Shown one piece after another: positions 1-11,988 of a stretch of DNA of 64,000 nt. Each line of letters begins with the position of its first letter. The first letter of the stretch is position 1. Source of the DNA: the human T2T-CHM13v2.0 reference genome, Homo sapiens; the NCBI RefSeq assembly GCF_009914755.1, contig NC_060927.1. The stretch is one strand, 5' to 3'. Under the pieces are notes generated by a model. That model saw only the letters and a program-made list of their open reading frames with translations. It was not told the origin of the DNA and searched no databases. The position numbers were made by a program, and so were the translations under genes.

Positions 1-2029
1 TTTCAGCAGGAGCCCATTCTTCTTTTCTGGTTCATGTACTCTAATCAAAGACACCACTCAATAGTGCACAGTGTGTGGAGAAGGAGATGGAAGATGCAAG
101 GAGTATGAATGTGGGCACTTTTTAAAAAATTTCACCCAAGAGAAATATACAGTCATTTGTCAGACCAGTGATTTTACACTGTCACATGCTATAACTGCCA
201 AGAAACACATACACACACAGGAAGTACTTCATAGTGAGGTATGTAAAAATATCAGAAGGGGTATAATTGAGTGACTATGGCTAATCACACACATTTTCCA
301 GCATGCAGCATGGCATTTGAATTTTTCTAGTATATCAGCGTTATGTTAAATATATCAAGAGTAAAGGAAGTAGTAGAATATTAGAGGAGAAACAAAGGGA
401 GCGAAAAAAATGGAAAAAAAAAAGAGATAGATTTGAAAATGTATGCTGGGCATGTATATATGTGTCTATGGTTTTTAAAAGTTTCTACTATAAACAGCAC
501 TTGTGAGCAGGGCAGTGTTTGGTGCCAACTGCCCTGGGTATATATTTGCCCTTGTTTTTCATTGACAAGATGCAGACCTATGTAGATGCTATCAATGCTA
601 CTAGTAATAGAAGATTAATATGCAATCCAAATGATATATTTTGTTTATACTATTAAAAATATTTGATTTTTAGACTGAAAATGATAGCATTTTAAAACAT
701 TTATTCAGAAAGTCTCTTCTCTGGTGGCCTAATATTTTCACTCTAAATTGGGTAGGTGAAAGGAGAAAAGTCATGCTACTTGTGGTCAATATTCTACTAT
801 CGTCATTAGAAAATTCATTGGCCTTTGCATTAACAATCCAATTTATTAAACATCAGTGGGAAATTAGCTAAGTTAATCAGAATCTAGAGCTCTTAAAAAC
901 TACTCTTTGCTAATTCCTTTTTTTTAAAAAAAAGTGTCATATAAAGAATTTCGTTTTCTTTCACAGAAAGCCTCTGGTAGTGGAAGGAAATGGCTTGTAA
1001 CTGATGACAGGTGGTGTTTACATTTATAATTTTCTTATTTTTTATGTTTTGGAATGGATTCAAAGGAAAGAATTATCAGACAACAGTTGCAGCCCTGGAT
1101 ATCATTTATGGCTATTTTCCTGGACATGTGAGATATACTTTTAGAACAATCATTCTGTACATTAGTGAAAATGAGATAATTCAGGGGCTGAATCCAGGAA
1201 GGCAGGAACAATAATGCAATGCTTTGGTCAACAGTCCCTGAAACTTGCCTACTCAGGGTCCTCATCTTCTTAAGTAATGTGACTTTCTTTCTTGATCCTT
1301 AGATCATTTCCTAAAATAAAAACTGTAAACCCTCTATATAAAGCTGGCTAATAGGATTTCATATAGAGGAATTAAAAACAAATTTTTTAACACAATAAGT
1401 TGGATTTCAGCATTCATGATATTTGTTTTAAGAGGTCTAATGAGGTTTTTTTGTTTGTTTGTTTTTTACCTAGGATGCTACAATCTTCAGAGACTTATGC
1501 ATTCAGCACTCCTAAACATCTGTTCAGCCTCCAAATGATTAGGTTGTTTGACACTCAAATGCTGTCCCCTGGCAATAAAAATCTGACTATATCCAGTTGA
1601 CCATATAAGAAAGGAGGATCTTCTGACTCATTTCCCACAAAATCTAAGGTAAATATACACACAGTTGGCACATGCTAATGCTATGGTATCTGCCTGGGAC
1701 CTTCTTCCAGACTTCCTGTCTTTCCCTTGACTTGTAGTGAAATGATTTAGTTCTCTGAGGACTCTTGACTTTGTTAACGTTAGCATGTTAAACTTACTGT
1801 TAGTCAGCACTAACATTAGTGCTGCCCTGAAATGGATAGAAATCACAGCCCTTAATGCATTCCCCTCTTCAAGAACAGCTCCTTTTCTTCCTTTCCAATG
1901 AGGTGAGGATGTCAGGAGGAAGCATTGAAATTGGCTTGTTTTCTTTTTACTCTTCCATTATCTATGAATAAACCTCTCATTGTAGATGATCATTTATCTA
2001 AACAGAAACAAATTACTCTAAGGTCAATT

Positions 2030-2720
2030 TACTAAACAGTTCATTTTTATACCATATAATCCACCCATTTAAAATGTAAAATTCAATCATTTTAGTGTAT
2101 GCATGGATATGAGCAACAGTCACCATAGTGAATTTTAGAATATTTCATCACCACAAAGAAAGATCCTGTACCCTTTAGCTATCCTTTGATTCCTATTCCC
2201 TGCCTCCAGCATTAAGCAAACAGTCATCTACTTTCTGCTTCTGTTTATTTGCCTATTCAGTATATTCTATGTGAATGGAATCACAACATATGTGGTCTTT
2301 GGTGACTGGCTTCTTTCCCCTAGGTTTATCCATGTTGTAGCATGTATGAATCAGTACTTTGGTCCTTTTTGTGGCTAAATAATATTCTATTATCTAGATA
2401 TACCACATTTTGCTTATTCATTCATCTGCTTAAGGAAATGTGGGTTGTTTTCATCTTGTAAATATCATGAATAATTATTCTATGCACATTTATGTACAAG
2501 TTTTTATTTGAATTCTTGTTTTTAATTATTTTGGGCAAATACTTAGGAGTTGAATTATTGGGTCATATGTAATTCCATGTATAACTTCTAGAAGAAGCAT
2601 TGCAGTTTTTCACACTGACTGCATCATTGTACATTTCCACAATAAGCTCCATTTTGAAACTAGAAAATTGGTATTTATTCATATTAATGTGGGTAGGTAT
2701 AAAATGGTGACTTTTATTTT
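2030..2720 (-). mobile_element. Old L1M (L1MB/MC-like) 3' region fragment
   Basis: Typical antisense L1 3' text, e.g. 'gtgaatggaatcacaacatatgtggtctttggtgactggcttctttc' and 'taccacattttgcttattcattcatc'. Boundaries are approximate. Confidence 0.75.
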
Positions 2721-4041
2721 TCCTACCCAAGTATTGGTAAAGAAAGAGTTTCATGAATTCTGGCATCTTCTGTGACAGAGACAATTTTTAGCTTTATATT
2801 TAAAGGTTAAGTTACAGGTTGGGGAACTAGTGAAAGGTTTAGGTGTTGCAGGCTATATAATGAAATGAAATGAAATGAAACATAGGGCTGGGGTAGTCAT
2901 GAATAGGGCATACAGTGATCAGACCAGAGTAATTTACCACCACTATAGCTTGAAATGGTTCTGAAATGGCATAAAGGAAAGAAACATTAGAAAACATTGA
3001 TTAGAGGAATATTATAATGGGGAGCTTAAACAGAGTATCACAACTTGCTAAACAATATTAAAATAAGTAGAGAGCCCAGATATAAACCAGTATCAGTTTT
3101 GTTAACTTAAAGCTATGAATAGCCAAAATGCCCACCCCTAGTACTGATTCATTGTTTTGAATGCTTAACACCTAAACAGTGAATACACTTATTTGGAACG
3201 TTTTGTATTAATGAAAATTAGAGTATCTCATTATCAAACATTTTCATCTATCAATGCATCTATGCTTATGCGTCTAAGCATACATTTCTTCCACAACCCC
3301 AGCATTTTGCTGGATGATTTGAGTACAAGATACATAGAAATGCTGGGAAGGTTTTAGTTTAGATGATACTCAGGGAGAAATACTTACATAATAATCGAAG
3401 GGGGGAAATAGCTGAAAGAATGAATGACAAAGGCATTGGCTGTGAGATTACCCCGTGAAGTTATTACAAGAGTAGGCCTCATAAAAGACAAAGATGAGGG
3501 ATAGGAGCTTAGGTTTAATGTTTATTGGTGAAGGGAGATGGGCAGGGAATCCAGGCCTAGAGCATACCATGAGTTCAAAAAGGCAAGGGGTAAGGATGAA
3601 GTGTTCAGGAGATCACCCATGGAAGCCTCTATAAAAAAGAATGAACACATGTGAATGATTAACACAATGAAGGATTGGGAAAACAGGTAGTTGTTACATA
3701 AATTTAGGTCTTAGAAGTCATGTTAAAACATTTCACAAAAAAAGAGGAATCTCCTTAAACATTTTAAGAGAAAGCGAATTATCATCAAAATAGTGTTATA
3801 TAAATGCCATTTAACTCTGGGGAGCAGGATAGATTTAAGGCCACATAGAAAGTGCGAGAAAAGTGTTTCAGGGCATTGCAAAAATTCAGGATTCTGGTAT
3901 GAGCACCTCCTTTATGGAGATAGATGTGAAAATAATGGAGCAGGAAGAGAAATAGCAGTTGTTAGTGAATGGATTAAACATAATGGGTGGGAAAAGTGAA
4001 GTCAAAATAACTCAAACTCAATAACAATCAATAAAAGCAGT

Positions 4042-4631
4042 TGTGTTGGTTAATACTGAGTGCCAACATGACTGGATTGAAAGATGCAAAGTATTGATGC
4101 TGGGTGTGTCTGTGAGGGTGTTGTCAAAGAAGATTAACATTTGAGTCAGTGGGCTGGGGAAGGCAGATCCACCCTTAATCTAGTGGGCACAATCTAATCG
4201 GCTGCCAGCAGATATAAACAGGCAGAAAAATGTGAAAAGCTGAGACTGGCCTAGCCTCCCAGCCTACATCTTCCTCCTGTGCTGGACGCCTCTTGCCCTC
4301 AATCACTGGACACCAGGTTCTTCAGTTTTGAGATTTGACTGGGTCTCCTTGCTCCTCAAGTCTGTAGACAGCTTATTGTGGGACCTTGTGATTGTGCAAG
4401 TTAGTACTTAGTAAACTCTCATATACATATATATATACACACACACGCACACATATATATATCTCCATACATATATATCTCCATACATAGATATATATCC
4501 ATACATATATATATATCTCCATACATATATGTATCTCCATACACATATACATGTATCTCCATACATACATATAGATACATATATCTCCTGTCCCTGTAGT
4601 TCTGTCCCTCTAGGGAACCCTGACTAATATA
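4042..4631 (+). mobile_element. 5' LTR, MLT2A family (most like MLT2A2)
   Basis: Starts TGTGTTGGTTAATACTGAGTG and ends GAACCCTGACTAATATA. Homologous to 9981-10397 and contains an expanded AT-rich microsatellite. Confidence 0.93.
4420..4586. repeat. Compound (AT)/(AC)/'ATCTCCATAC(AT)n' micro/minisatellite inside the 5' LTR
   Basis: Repeated 'atctccatacatatat' units. The 3' LTR has only a short (TA)n at the same place (~10343-10356). Confidence 0.9.
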
Positions 4632-4636
4632 GATTT

Positions 4637-4654
4637 TGGTACCAGGAGTGGTTC
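4637..4654 (+). promoter_or_regulatory. Primer-binding site, tRNA-Leu
   Basis: TGGTACCAGGAGTGG just after the 5' LTR is complementary to the 3' end of a tRNA-Leu (...CCACTCCTGGTACCA), as expected for ERV-L. Confidence 0.85.
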
Positions 4655-4675
4655 TAAAGGAAGAGAATATTAAGG

Positions 4676-6197
4676 ATGGAGTTATTTCATTGGTTTTGGG
4701 GTTTCTGGTGTTGGCCGCTTAATATGATTAGACCCCAAAATGCTAAGGACTCTACATTTAACAGTATGAAGAACTCTAATAGTCCTTGGCATGAACTGTT
4801 TAGAGAGTTATGCAAAATAAATGCTTTTGGCACGCCTGATTCACCACTCATGAGAGGCAAGGAGTTTAGTGACTCTGTATATAATGCCTTTGACCGTATG
4901 TGGAGAACCAAGGAACATAATGAAGCTGGTTGGTTGCTCCTAAGTTCAGCAGACAAAGTGATGAAGGAAAGTGCTGAACTCAGGGATTATATCTCCTGGC
5001 TTCAGAAGCAGATACCGAGCATCAAATCTGTTAAGAGTGCCCTGAGTGAGAGTCTTATCTCCTGTAGAGAAAGAGTTGAAATTGTGGAAAAACAGACACA
5101 AGTTCTTATCATGCAAATGGCTGACCTGAAATGAAAGGTGCATGCACAGCCTTGCCAGGTGTCTACCGTTAAAGTGAGGGCATTGATTGGAAAATAATGG
5201 GACCCTGCAACTTGGAATGAGGACCTATGGGAGCACCCTGATGAAGCTGGGGATACTGAGTTTGTAAACTCTAACGAAGCTATCTTGCCAGAAGGAACAG
5301 CTTCACCATCCCCAGTAGTGGCAACATTCCCTCCCCAACCCATGCTACCATCAGCCTTTCCACCTTTGTCTGAGGAGATAAACCCTGCGCTGCCTGAGGC
5401 AACAGTGATGGCCTCCCCTAAGGCAAGTTGCCAGGCAAAATAATGTTGATTCTCATCAGGAGCCACCCCCAAGACCCCTGTTTGCTTCTAGAACTCTAAC
5501 TAGACTAAAGTCCCAGTGGTCCCCTAGAGGTGAGGTTGAGAGTGTGACCCAGGAGGAGGTGTGTGCTACACTTGAAAAGAACTGCTTGAGTTCTTTAATT
5601 TATATAAACAGAAATCTGGAGAACAGACATGGGAATGGATATTAAGGGTATGGGATAATGGTGGAAGAAACACAGAGTTGGATCAGGCTGAATTTTTTGC
5701 TTTGGGCCCACTAAGTAGGGACTCTGCATTTAATATTGCAGCTCAGGGATTTAAAAACGTTTCTAATAGTTTATTTGATTGGTTAGCTGAAGTATGTATT
5801 AAAAGATGGCCCACTGTGAGCGAGGTGGAAATGCCTGATCTCCCTTGGTTTAATGTAGAGGAAGGGATCCAAAGGCTTAGGGAGATTGGGATGGTGGGGT
5901 GGATGGCACTTTAGACCTACTCATCCCAGCTGGGAGGGTCCAGAAGATACACCCTTGACCAATGCCTTGTGAAATAGATTTGTGAGGGCAGCATCTGCAT
6001 CTTTGAAGAGCCCTGTAACTGCTCTTCTCTGTATGTCAGATCTAATGGTGGGAACCACAGTCACTCAACTTGAAAATTTAAATACAATGGGAATAATTGC
6101 ATCCCAAGGTGGCATGGGCCAAGTGATGGCACTTAACTGTCAGAAGCAAGATGGTGTAGCTACTGTAGTGGACAGCAGAGGCAAAGCAGCAATCAGA
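4676..6197 (+). pseudogene. HERV-L gag, disrupted
   Basis: ORF pieces 4676-5134 (SPWHELFRELCKINAF...), 5678-5914 (KRWPTVSEVEMPDLPW) and 5982-6203, separated by stops and frameshifts. The 3' end is lost at the palindrome. Confidence 0.88.
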
Positions 6198-6235
6198 TTC
6201 TGATTGCTGCTTTGCCTCTGCTATCCATTATAGTA
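6161..6235. repeat. 75-bp near-perfect palindrome (37-bp arms, 1-nt centre)
   Basis: 6161-6197 and 6199-6235 are reverse complements with 3 mismatches. The inner 24 bp of each arm match perfectly. Confidence 0.95.
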
Positions 6236-9200
6236 TATTTCAGGGACTACTGGGGCTCTGAGCTGATGTTAATTACAGGGGAGCCAAAATGTCATTGTGG
6301 TCCTCCAGTTAAAGTAGGGGCTTATGGAGGTCAGGTAATTAATGGAGTTTTAGCTCAGGTCCAACTTACAGTTGGTCCAGTGGGTCCTAGAGCCCAACCT
6401 GTGGTCATTTCCCCAGTGCTAGAATGCATAATTGGCATAGACATACTTAGCAGCTGGCAGAACCCTACCCCCCCATTGGCTCCCTGACTGGTAGGATGAG
6501 GGCTATTATGGTGGGAAAGGCCAAATAGAAGAAACTAGAGCTGCCTGTACCTAGAAAAAATAGTAAATCAAAATAGTAAATAAAAAATAGTAAATCAAAA
6601 ACAATATCACATCCCTGCAGGGATTGAGGATTAGTGCCACCATCAAGGACTTGAAAGACACAGGGGTGGTGATTCCCACCACATCCCTGTTCAACTCTCC
6701 CATTGGCCTGTGCAGAAGACAGATGGATCTTGGAGAATGACAGTGGATTACTGTAAGCTTAACCAAGTGGTTACCCCAATTGCAGCTGCTGTACCAGATG
6801 TGGTTTCATTGCTTAAACAAATTAACACATCTCCTGGTATCTGGTATGCAGCCATTGACTTGGCAAATGCCTTTTTCTCCATTCCTGTCTGTAACACCCA
6901 CCAGAAGCAATTTGCCTTCATCTGGCAAGCTCAGCAATATACGTTTACTGTCCTACCTCAGGGGTATATCAACTCTCTGGCTTTGTGTCGTTATCTTATT
7001 TGGAGAGACCTTGATCACTTTTTGCTTCTGCAAGATAGCACACTGATATGATGACATTAATGACATCATGCTGTTGGATACAGTGAGCAAGAAGTAGCAA
7101 ACACACTGGACTTATTGGTGAGACATTTGTGTGCCAGAGGATGGGAAATAAATACAACTACAATTCATGGACCTTCTACCCTCAATAAAATTTCTAGGGG
7201 TCCAGTGGTGTGGGACCTGTCAAGATATTCCTTCTAAGGTGAATAATAAGTTGCCTCATTTGGCCCATCCTACAACCAAAAAAGAGGTACAATGCCTAGT
7301 GGGCCTATTTGGATTTTGGAGGCAACACATTCCTCATTTCGGTGTGTTACTCTGGCCCATTTATTGAGTGAACCAAAAGGCTGCCAGTTTTGAGAGCGGT
7401 CCAGAACAGGAGAAGGATCTGCAACAGGTCCAGGCTACTGTGCAAGCTGGTCTGCCACTTGGGCCATATGACCCAGCAGATCCAATGGTGCTTGAGGTGT
7501 CAGTGGCAGATAGGAATGCTGTTTGAAGCCTTTGGCAGGTCCCCATAGGTGAATCACAGTGGGGGCATCTAGGATTTTGGGGCAAAGTCCTGCCATTTTC
7601 TGAAGATAACTACTCTCCTTTTGAGAGACAGCTCTTGGTCTGTTACTGGGCTTTGGTGGAAACTGAACATTTGACTATGGGTGATCAAGTCATCATGCAA
7701 CCTGAATTGCCTTTCATGAACTGGGTGCTTTCTGACCCATTTAGCCATAAAGTGGGTCATGCACAGCAGCATTCCATCATCAAATGGAAGTGGTATATAT
7801 GTGATCAGGCTTGAGCAGGTACTGATAGCACAAGTAAGTTACATGAGGAAGTAGCTCAAATGCCCATGGACTCCACTCCTGCCACCCTGCCTTCTCTTCC
7901 CCAACCTGCACTGATGGTCTCATGGGGTGCTCCCTATGATCAGTTGACAGAGGAAGAGAAGACTAGGGCCTGGCTCACAGATGGTTCTGCACGATACGCA
8001 GGCACCACTCAAAAGTGAACAGCTGCAGCACTACAGCCGCTTTCTAGGACATCCCTGAAGGACAGCCGTGAAGGGAATTCTTCCCAGTGGGCAGAACTTC
8101 TAGAAGTGCACCTGGTTGTGCACTTTGCATTGAAGGAGAAATGGACAGATGTGCAATTATATTCTGATTCATGGGCTGTAGCCAATGGTTTGGCTGGATG
8201 GTCAGGGACTTGAAAGAAGCATAATTGGAAAATTGGTGACAATGAAATTTGGGGAAGAAGTATGTGGATGGATCTCTCTGAGTAGTCAAAAACTGAAGAT
8301 ATTTGTATCCCATGTTAGTGCTCACCAGTGGGTGACCACAGTGGAGGAGGAGTTGAATAATCAACTGGATAGAATGACTCATTCTGTGTACACCACTCAG
8401 CCTCTTTCCTCAGCCACCCCTGTCATCGCCCAATGGGCACATGAACAAAGCGGATATGGTGGCAGGAATGGAGGTTGTGCATGGACTCAGCAACATGGAC
8501 TTCCAGTCACCAAGGCTGACCTGGCTACGGCAACTGCAGAGTGCCAAATATGACAGCAGCAGAGACCAACACTGAGTGCTCGATATAGCACCATTCCTTG
8601 GGGTGATCAGCGAGCTACCTAGTGGCAGGCTGATTATATTGGACCTCTTATATCATGGAAAGGGCAGAGGTTTGTCCTCACTGGAATAGACACTTAGTCT
8701 GGATATGGGTTTGCCTATCCTGCTTTCAATGCCTCTGCCAAGACTACCATCGTGGACTTGCAGAATGTCTTATCCACCATCATGGTATTCCACACAGCAT
8801 TGCCTCTGACCAAGGCACTCACTTTACATCTAAAGAGGTGCAGCAGTGGTCTCATGCTCATGGAATTCACTGGTCTTACCATGTTTGCCATCATCCTGAA
8901 GCAGCTGGTTTGATATAACAGTGGAATGGCCTTTTGAAGTCACAATCACAACACCAACTAGCTGACAATACTTTGCAGGGCTGGGGCAAAGTTCTCCAGA
9001 AGGCCATGTATGCTCTGAATCAGCCTCCAGTATATGACACTGTTTCTCCCATAGCCAGGATTCACAGGTGCAGGAATCAAGGGGTGGAAGTGGAAGTGGC
9101 ACCACTCACCATCACCCCTAGTGATCCACTAGCAAAATGTTTGCTTCCTTATTCCCACAACATTACATTCTGCTGGCCTAGAGGTCTTAGTTCCAGAGGG
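6236..9200 (+). pseudogene. HERV-L pro-pol (protease, RT, RNase H, integrase), disrupted
   Basis: Protease: VKVGAYGGQVING...CIIGIDIL. RT: [13 protein letters not shown]...[14 protein letters not shown]...[10 protein letters not shown] and KFLGVQW. RNase H: SHVSAHQ. Integrase: HSIASDQGTHF...HHPEAAGLI. Many in-frame stops. Confidence 0.93.
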
Positions 9201-9204
9201 AGGA

Positions 9205-9408
9205 ATGCTGCCACCAGGAGACACAACAACAATTCCATTAAACTGGAAGTTAAGATTGCCACCTGGACACTTTGGGCTCCTCCTACCATTAAGTCAACAG
9301 GCTAAGAAGGGAGTTACAGTGTTGGCTGGGGTGATTGACCCAAACTATCAAGATGAAATCAGTCTACTACTCTATAACAGCGGTAAGAAGAGAATGAATG
9401 GAATATAG
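9205..9408 (+). pseudogene. HERV-L dUTPase remnant
   Basis: LRLPPGHFGLL...GVTVLAGVIDPNYQDEISLLLYN matches dUTPase motifs. It lies downstream of integrase, as is typical for ERV-L. Confidence 0.88.
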
Positions 9409-9980
9409 GAGTTCCATTAGGGTGTCTCTTAGTATTACCATGCCATGTCATTAAGGTCAATGGAAAACTGCAACAGTCCAATCTAGGCAGGACTACAAAT
9501 GGTCCAGACCCCTCAGGAATGAAGGCTTGGATCACTCCCCAACAGCAACAAAAAACATGATCTGCTGAGGTGCTTGCTGAAGGCAAAGGGAATATAGAAT
9601 GGGTAGTAGAAGAAGGTAGTCATCAATACCGGCTACAACCACGTGACCAGCTGCAGAAACTAGGACTGTAACCATTATGAGTATTTCCTCCTTCTTTTTT
9701 AAAAAACATGTTTGTGCATGTATACACTTGTACTAAGAAAATATCTTCATTTTATTTCCTTTTCCTTTATCCTGTGACTAAGATTTATTGACTTCATATC
9801 AGCATTGAAGTATTGTTAATTTTAGGTAATAATATTTGGGTTGGGGATTGGTGCATTTCTGGTTGTATGAAGGATGTTGTATTATGTTAGGTGTAATTAT
9901 GACATTATTTTTGTCTTTATTTGAAGATTATGTATGATCTCAGGAGATGTGTATGGGCTCAGGTTGACAAGTGGTGGACT

Positions 9981-10397
9981 TGTGGTGGTTAATACTGAAT
10001 GTCAACTTGATTGGATTAAGAGATACAAATTATTGATCCTGGCTGTGTGTTTGTGAGGGTGTTGCCAAAGGAGATTATCATTTGAGTCAGTGCTGGGGAA
10101 AGCAGACCCGCCCTTACTCTGGTGAGCACAATCTAATCAGCTGCCAGAGAATATAAACAGGCAGAAAATTTTGAAAAGGCGAGAGTGGCCTAGACTCCCA
10201 GCCTACATCTTTCTCCTGTGGATGCTTTGTGTCCTCAAACATTGGACTCCAAGTTCTTCAGTTTTGAGACTTGAACTGGCTCTCCTTGCTCCTCAAGCAT
10301 GCAGACAGCCTATTGTGGGACCTTGTGATCAAGTAAATTAATACTATATATATATCTCCTATTAGTTCTGTCCCTCTAGGGAACCCTGACTAATACA
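9981..10397 (+). mobile_element. 3' LTR, MLT2A family
   Basis: Starts TGTGGTGGTTAATACTGAATGTC after a degenerate purine tract. Ends CCCTGACTAATACA, followed by the TSD GCAGT. Confidence 0.93.
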
Positions 10398-11900
10398 GCA
10401 GTATTTTGATTATTTTGAAATTGTTGTAGACTAGGTGAAAAGTGATCACAAGTCACCAAAGAAATAACATACTACAAAAGTGTTTCATGAAATAATGGCA
10501 TAAAAAAAGTTTTCAGAAGTATCTCTCTGTCTGAAAGTATAAGCTCAAAAACTCAAAGGAAGAAGGATAGGGCACAGAATCATTCCAGATTACATTTTTA
10601 TACAAAAAGTAATTTTTCTTCTAAATCTTGCATTCATAACATGTACATTCCTCTAAGACATAAGCCAAATAATGACCTCAATGTCCTGAAATCCTCAAAC
10701 AAGCCATATAACATTTCTCTATAGTTCTCATATAGAATAATGTCAATATTCTCCAACAATTTTTTGGTGTTGGAATTTTTCCTTTTCAAATCAGTTTTAG
10801 GATTATTCAGAAATATTAGGACATTTTTGGGAGATTGAGATTTTTCCAGAATGGTAAGAGAGCATCTGGGACCCTTCTTCTTTAAACATTGCCAGTGGCT
10901 TTAGTGATAAATAGAAGCCCTGTGTTCAAAACCACTCCAACTCTGAGGCTAATGAAAGGACTGTGGTTAAGAAGGAAAAGTCAGCACTGAAGAAAACCCA
11001 ATGAAATAATTTTTTTTTTAAAAAAAGCTTAGTCATTTTGGAGATGTTTCATACCTTCCCTATGTCACTATATAGATTCTTCTTACATATTCCTCCACAG
11101 TAATTCTTTAATATGCCAAGAGAAAGGGTGGTAGGTAGGTTTCAAAGACAGAGAAAAACACAGTATTTAAAAAACTGATTTGGAAATCCGCACAGTAGGA
11201 AACACAATTTAGTCAGTGCTCATTTAAAGATGAAGCAGGTACAATCTCATCTTTATTGGAATACCTGACAGGTGGCAGAAGAATGTACTTTTCTCTTTAG
11301 CAGCCCCCTAGGAGAATATTTTATTTTCCCTTCCCATAAATAACAGAACTGATTTAAATTGATGCATTAAACATTTCTGCTGCAGAATCCATGGATCCTT
11401 ACCACTGGTATAGCAGTTAGGATCACTTGAATACTTTAAATTAAGTTTCATAATCCAAGTGTCACTGAATATTTGGAGGGCAATTATAAAATAGCAAAGC
11501 TGTTTTTCTCTTTTTTGTTCTTAATTCAGACTAATAAACAGCATAAAATCTGCACAACTCAATTAGTAATGTTGTCAAATTTTCTAATTGATGTGCTTTG
11601 AATATTCAAGAAATCAGATAATGCTTGTACTACCTTTATTTTAAATGGTTTTGATAAATTTAGAAGCTAACACTGAATGGTGTATTCAACTGAGCATCTG
11701 TTCTAAGTGCATGTCAAATTAACCTGCTAAATTAGCATCTATTGCAACTTTACTTTTTTCCCCCATTCTCTGTTAAACATCTCTATACTAATTTGAAGAC
11801 TTCACATTCTGTAACAAAACATGCAATTGCAAACATTTTTGTTAAACAGTGTTTAACTCTATTGTGGAAATCTAAAATTGAACGGTTTGTCTGTTTTTGC

Positions 11901-11921
11901 TTCAGCACCACGGACAGAGAT
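11901..11921 (+). promoter_or_regulatory. RE1/NRSE (REST-binding) motif
   Basis: TTCAGCACCACGGACAGAGAT; the first 17 nt match the canonical RE1 TTCAGCACCACGGACAGCGCC exactly, with the CpG retained. Confidence 0.8.
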
Positions 11922-11988
11922 GCAAAGTGTCATTCCTGCCTGTTCAAGATGGCGATAATCACCAAAATACTCCTGTTCTGGTAAGGAT

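Larger units (their letters stand above)
4042..10397 (+). mobile_element. HERV-L (ERVL) provirus, LTR-gag-pro-pol-dut-LTR, no env, defective
   Basis: Two homologous LTRs, with a 5-bp target-site duplication GCAGT at 4037-4041 and 10398-10402. Internal ORF fragments match ERVL Gag, RT, RNase H, integrase and dUTPase. Confidence 0.97.

Noticed and set aside
968-1010. Possible 43-nt exon (tttcacAG|...CAG|GTGGTG)
   Set aside because: The donor is weak, there are no partner exons, and the peptide is not recognisable.
4373-4570. Repetitive Y/I/W-rich ORF
   Set aside because: It is a translation of the LTR microsatellite.
9410-9980. Possible env gene between dUTPase and the 3' LTR
   Set aside because: The region is too short, has no ORF or TM-like motif, and ERV-L elements normally lack env.
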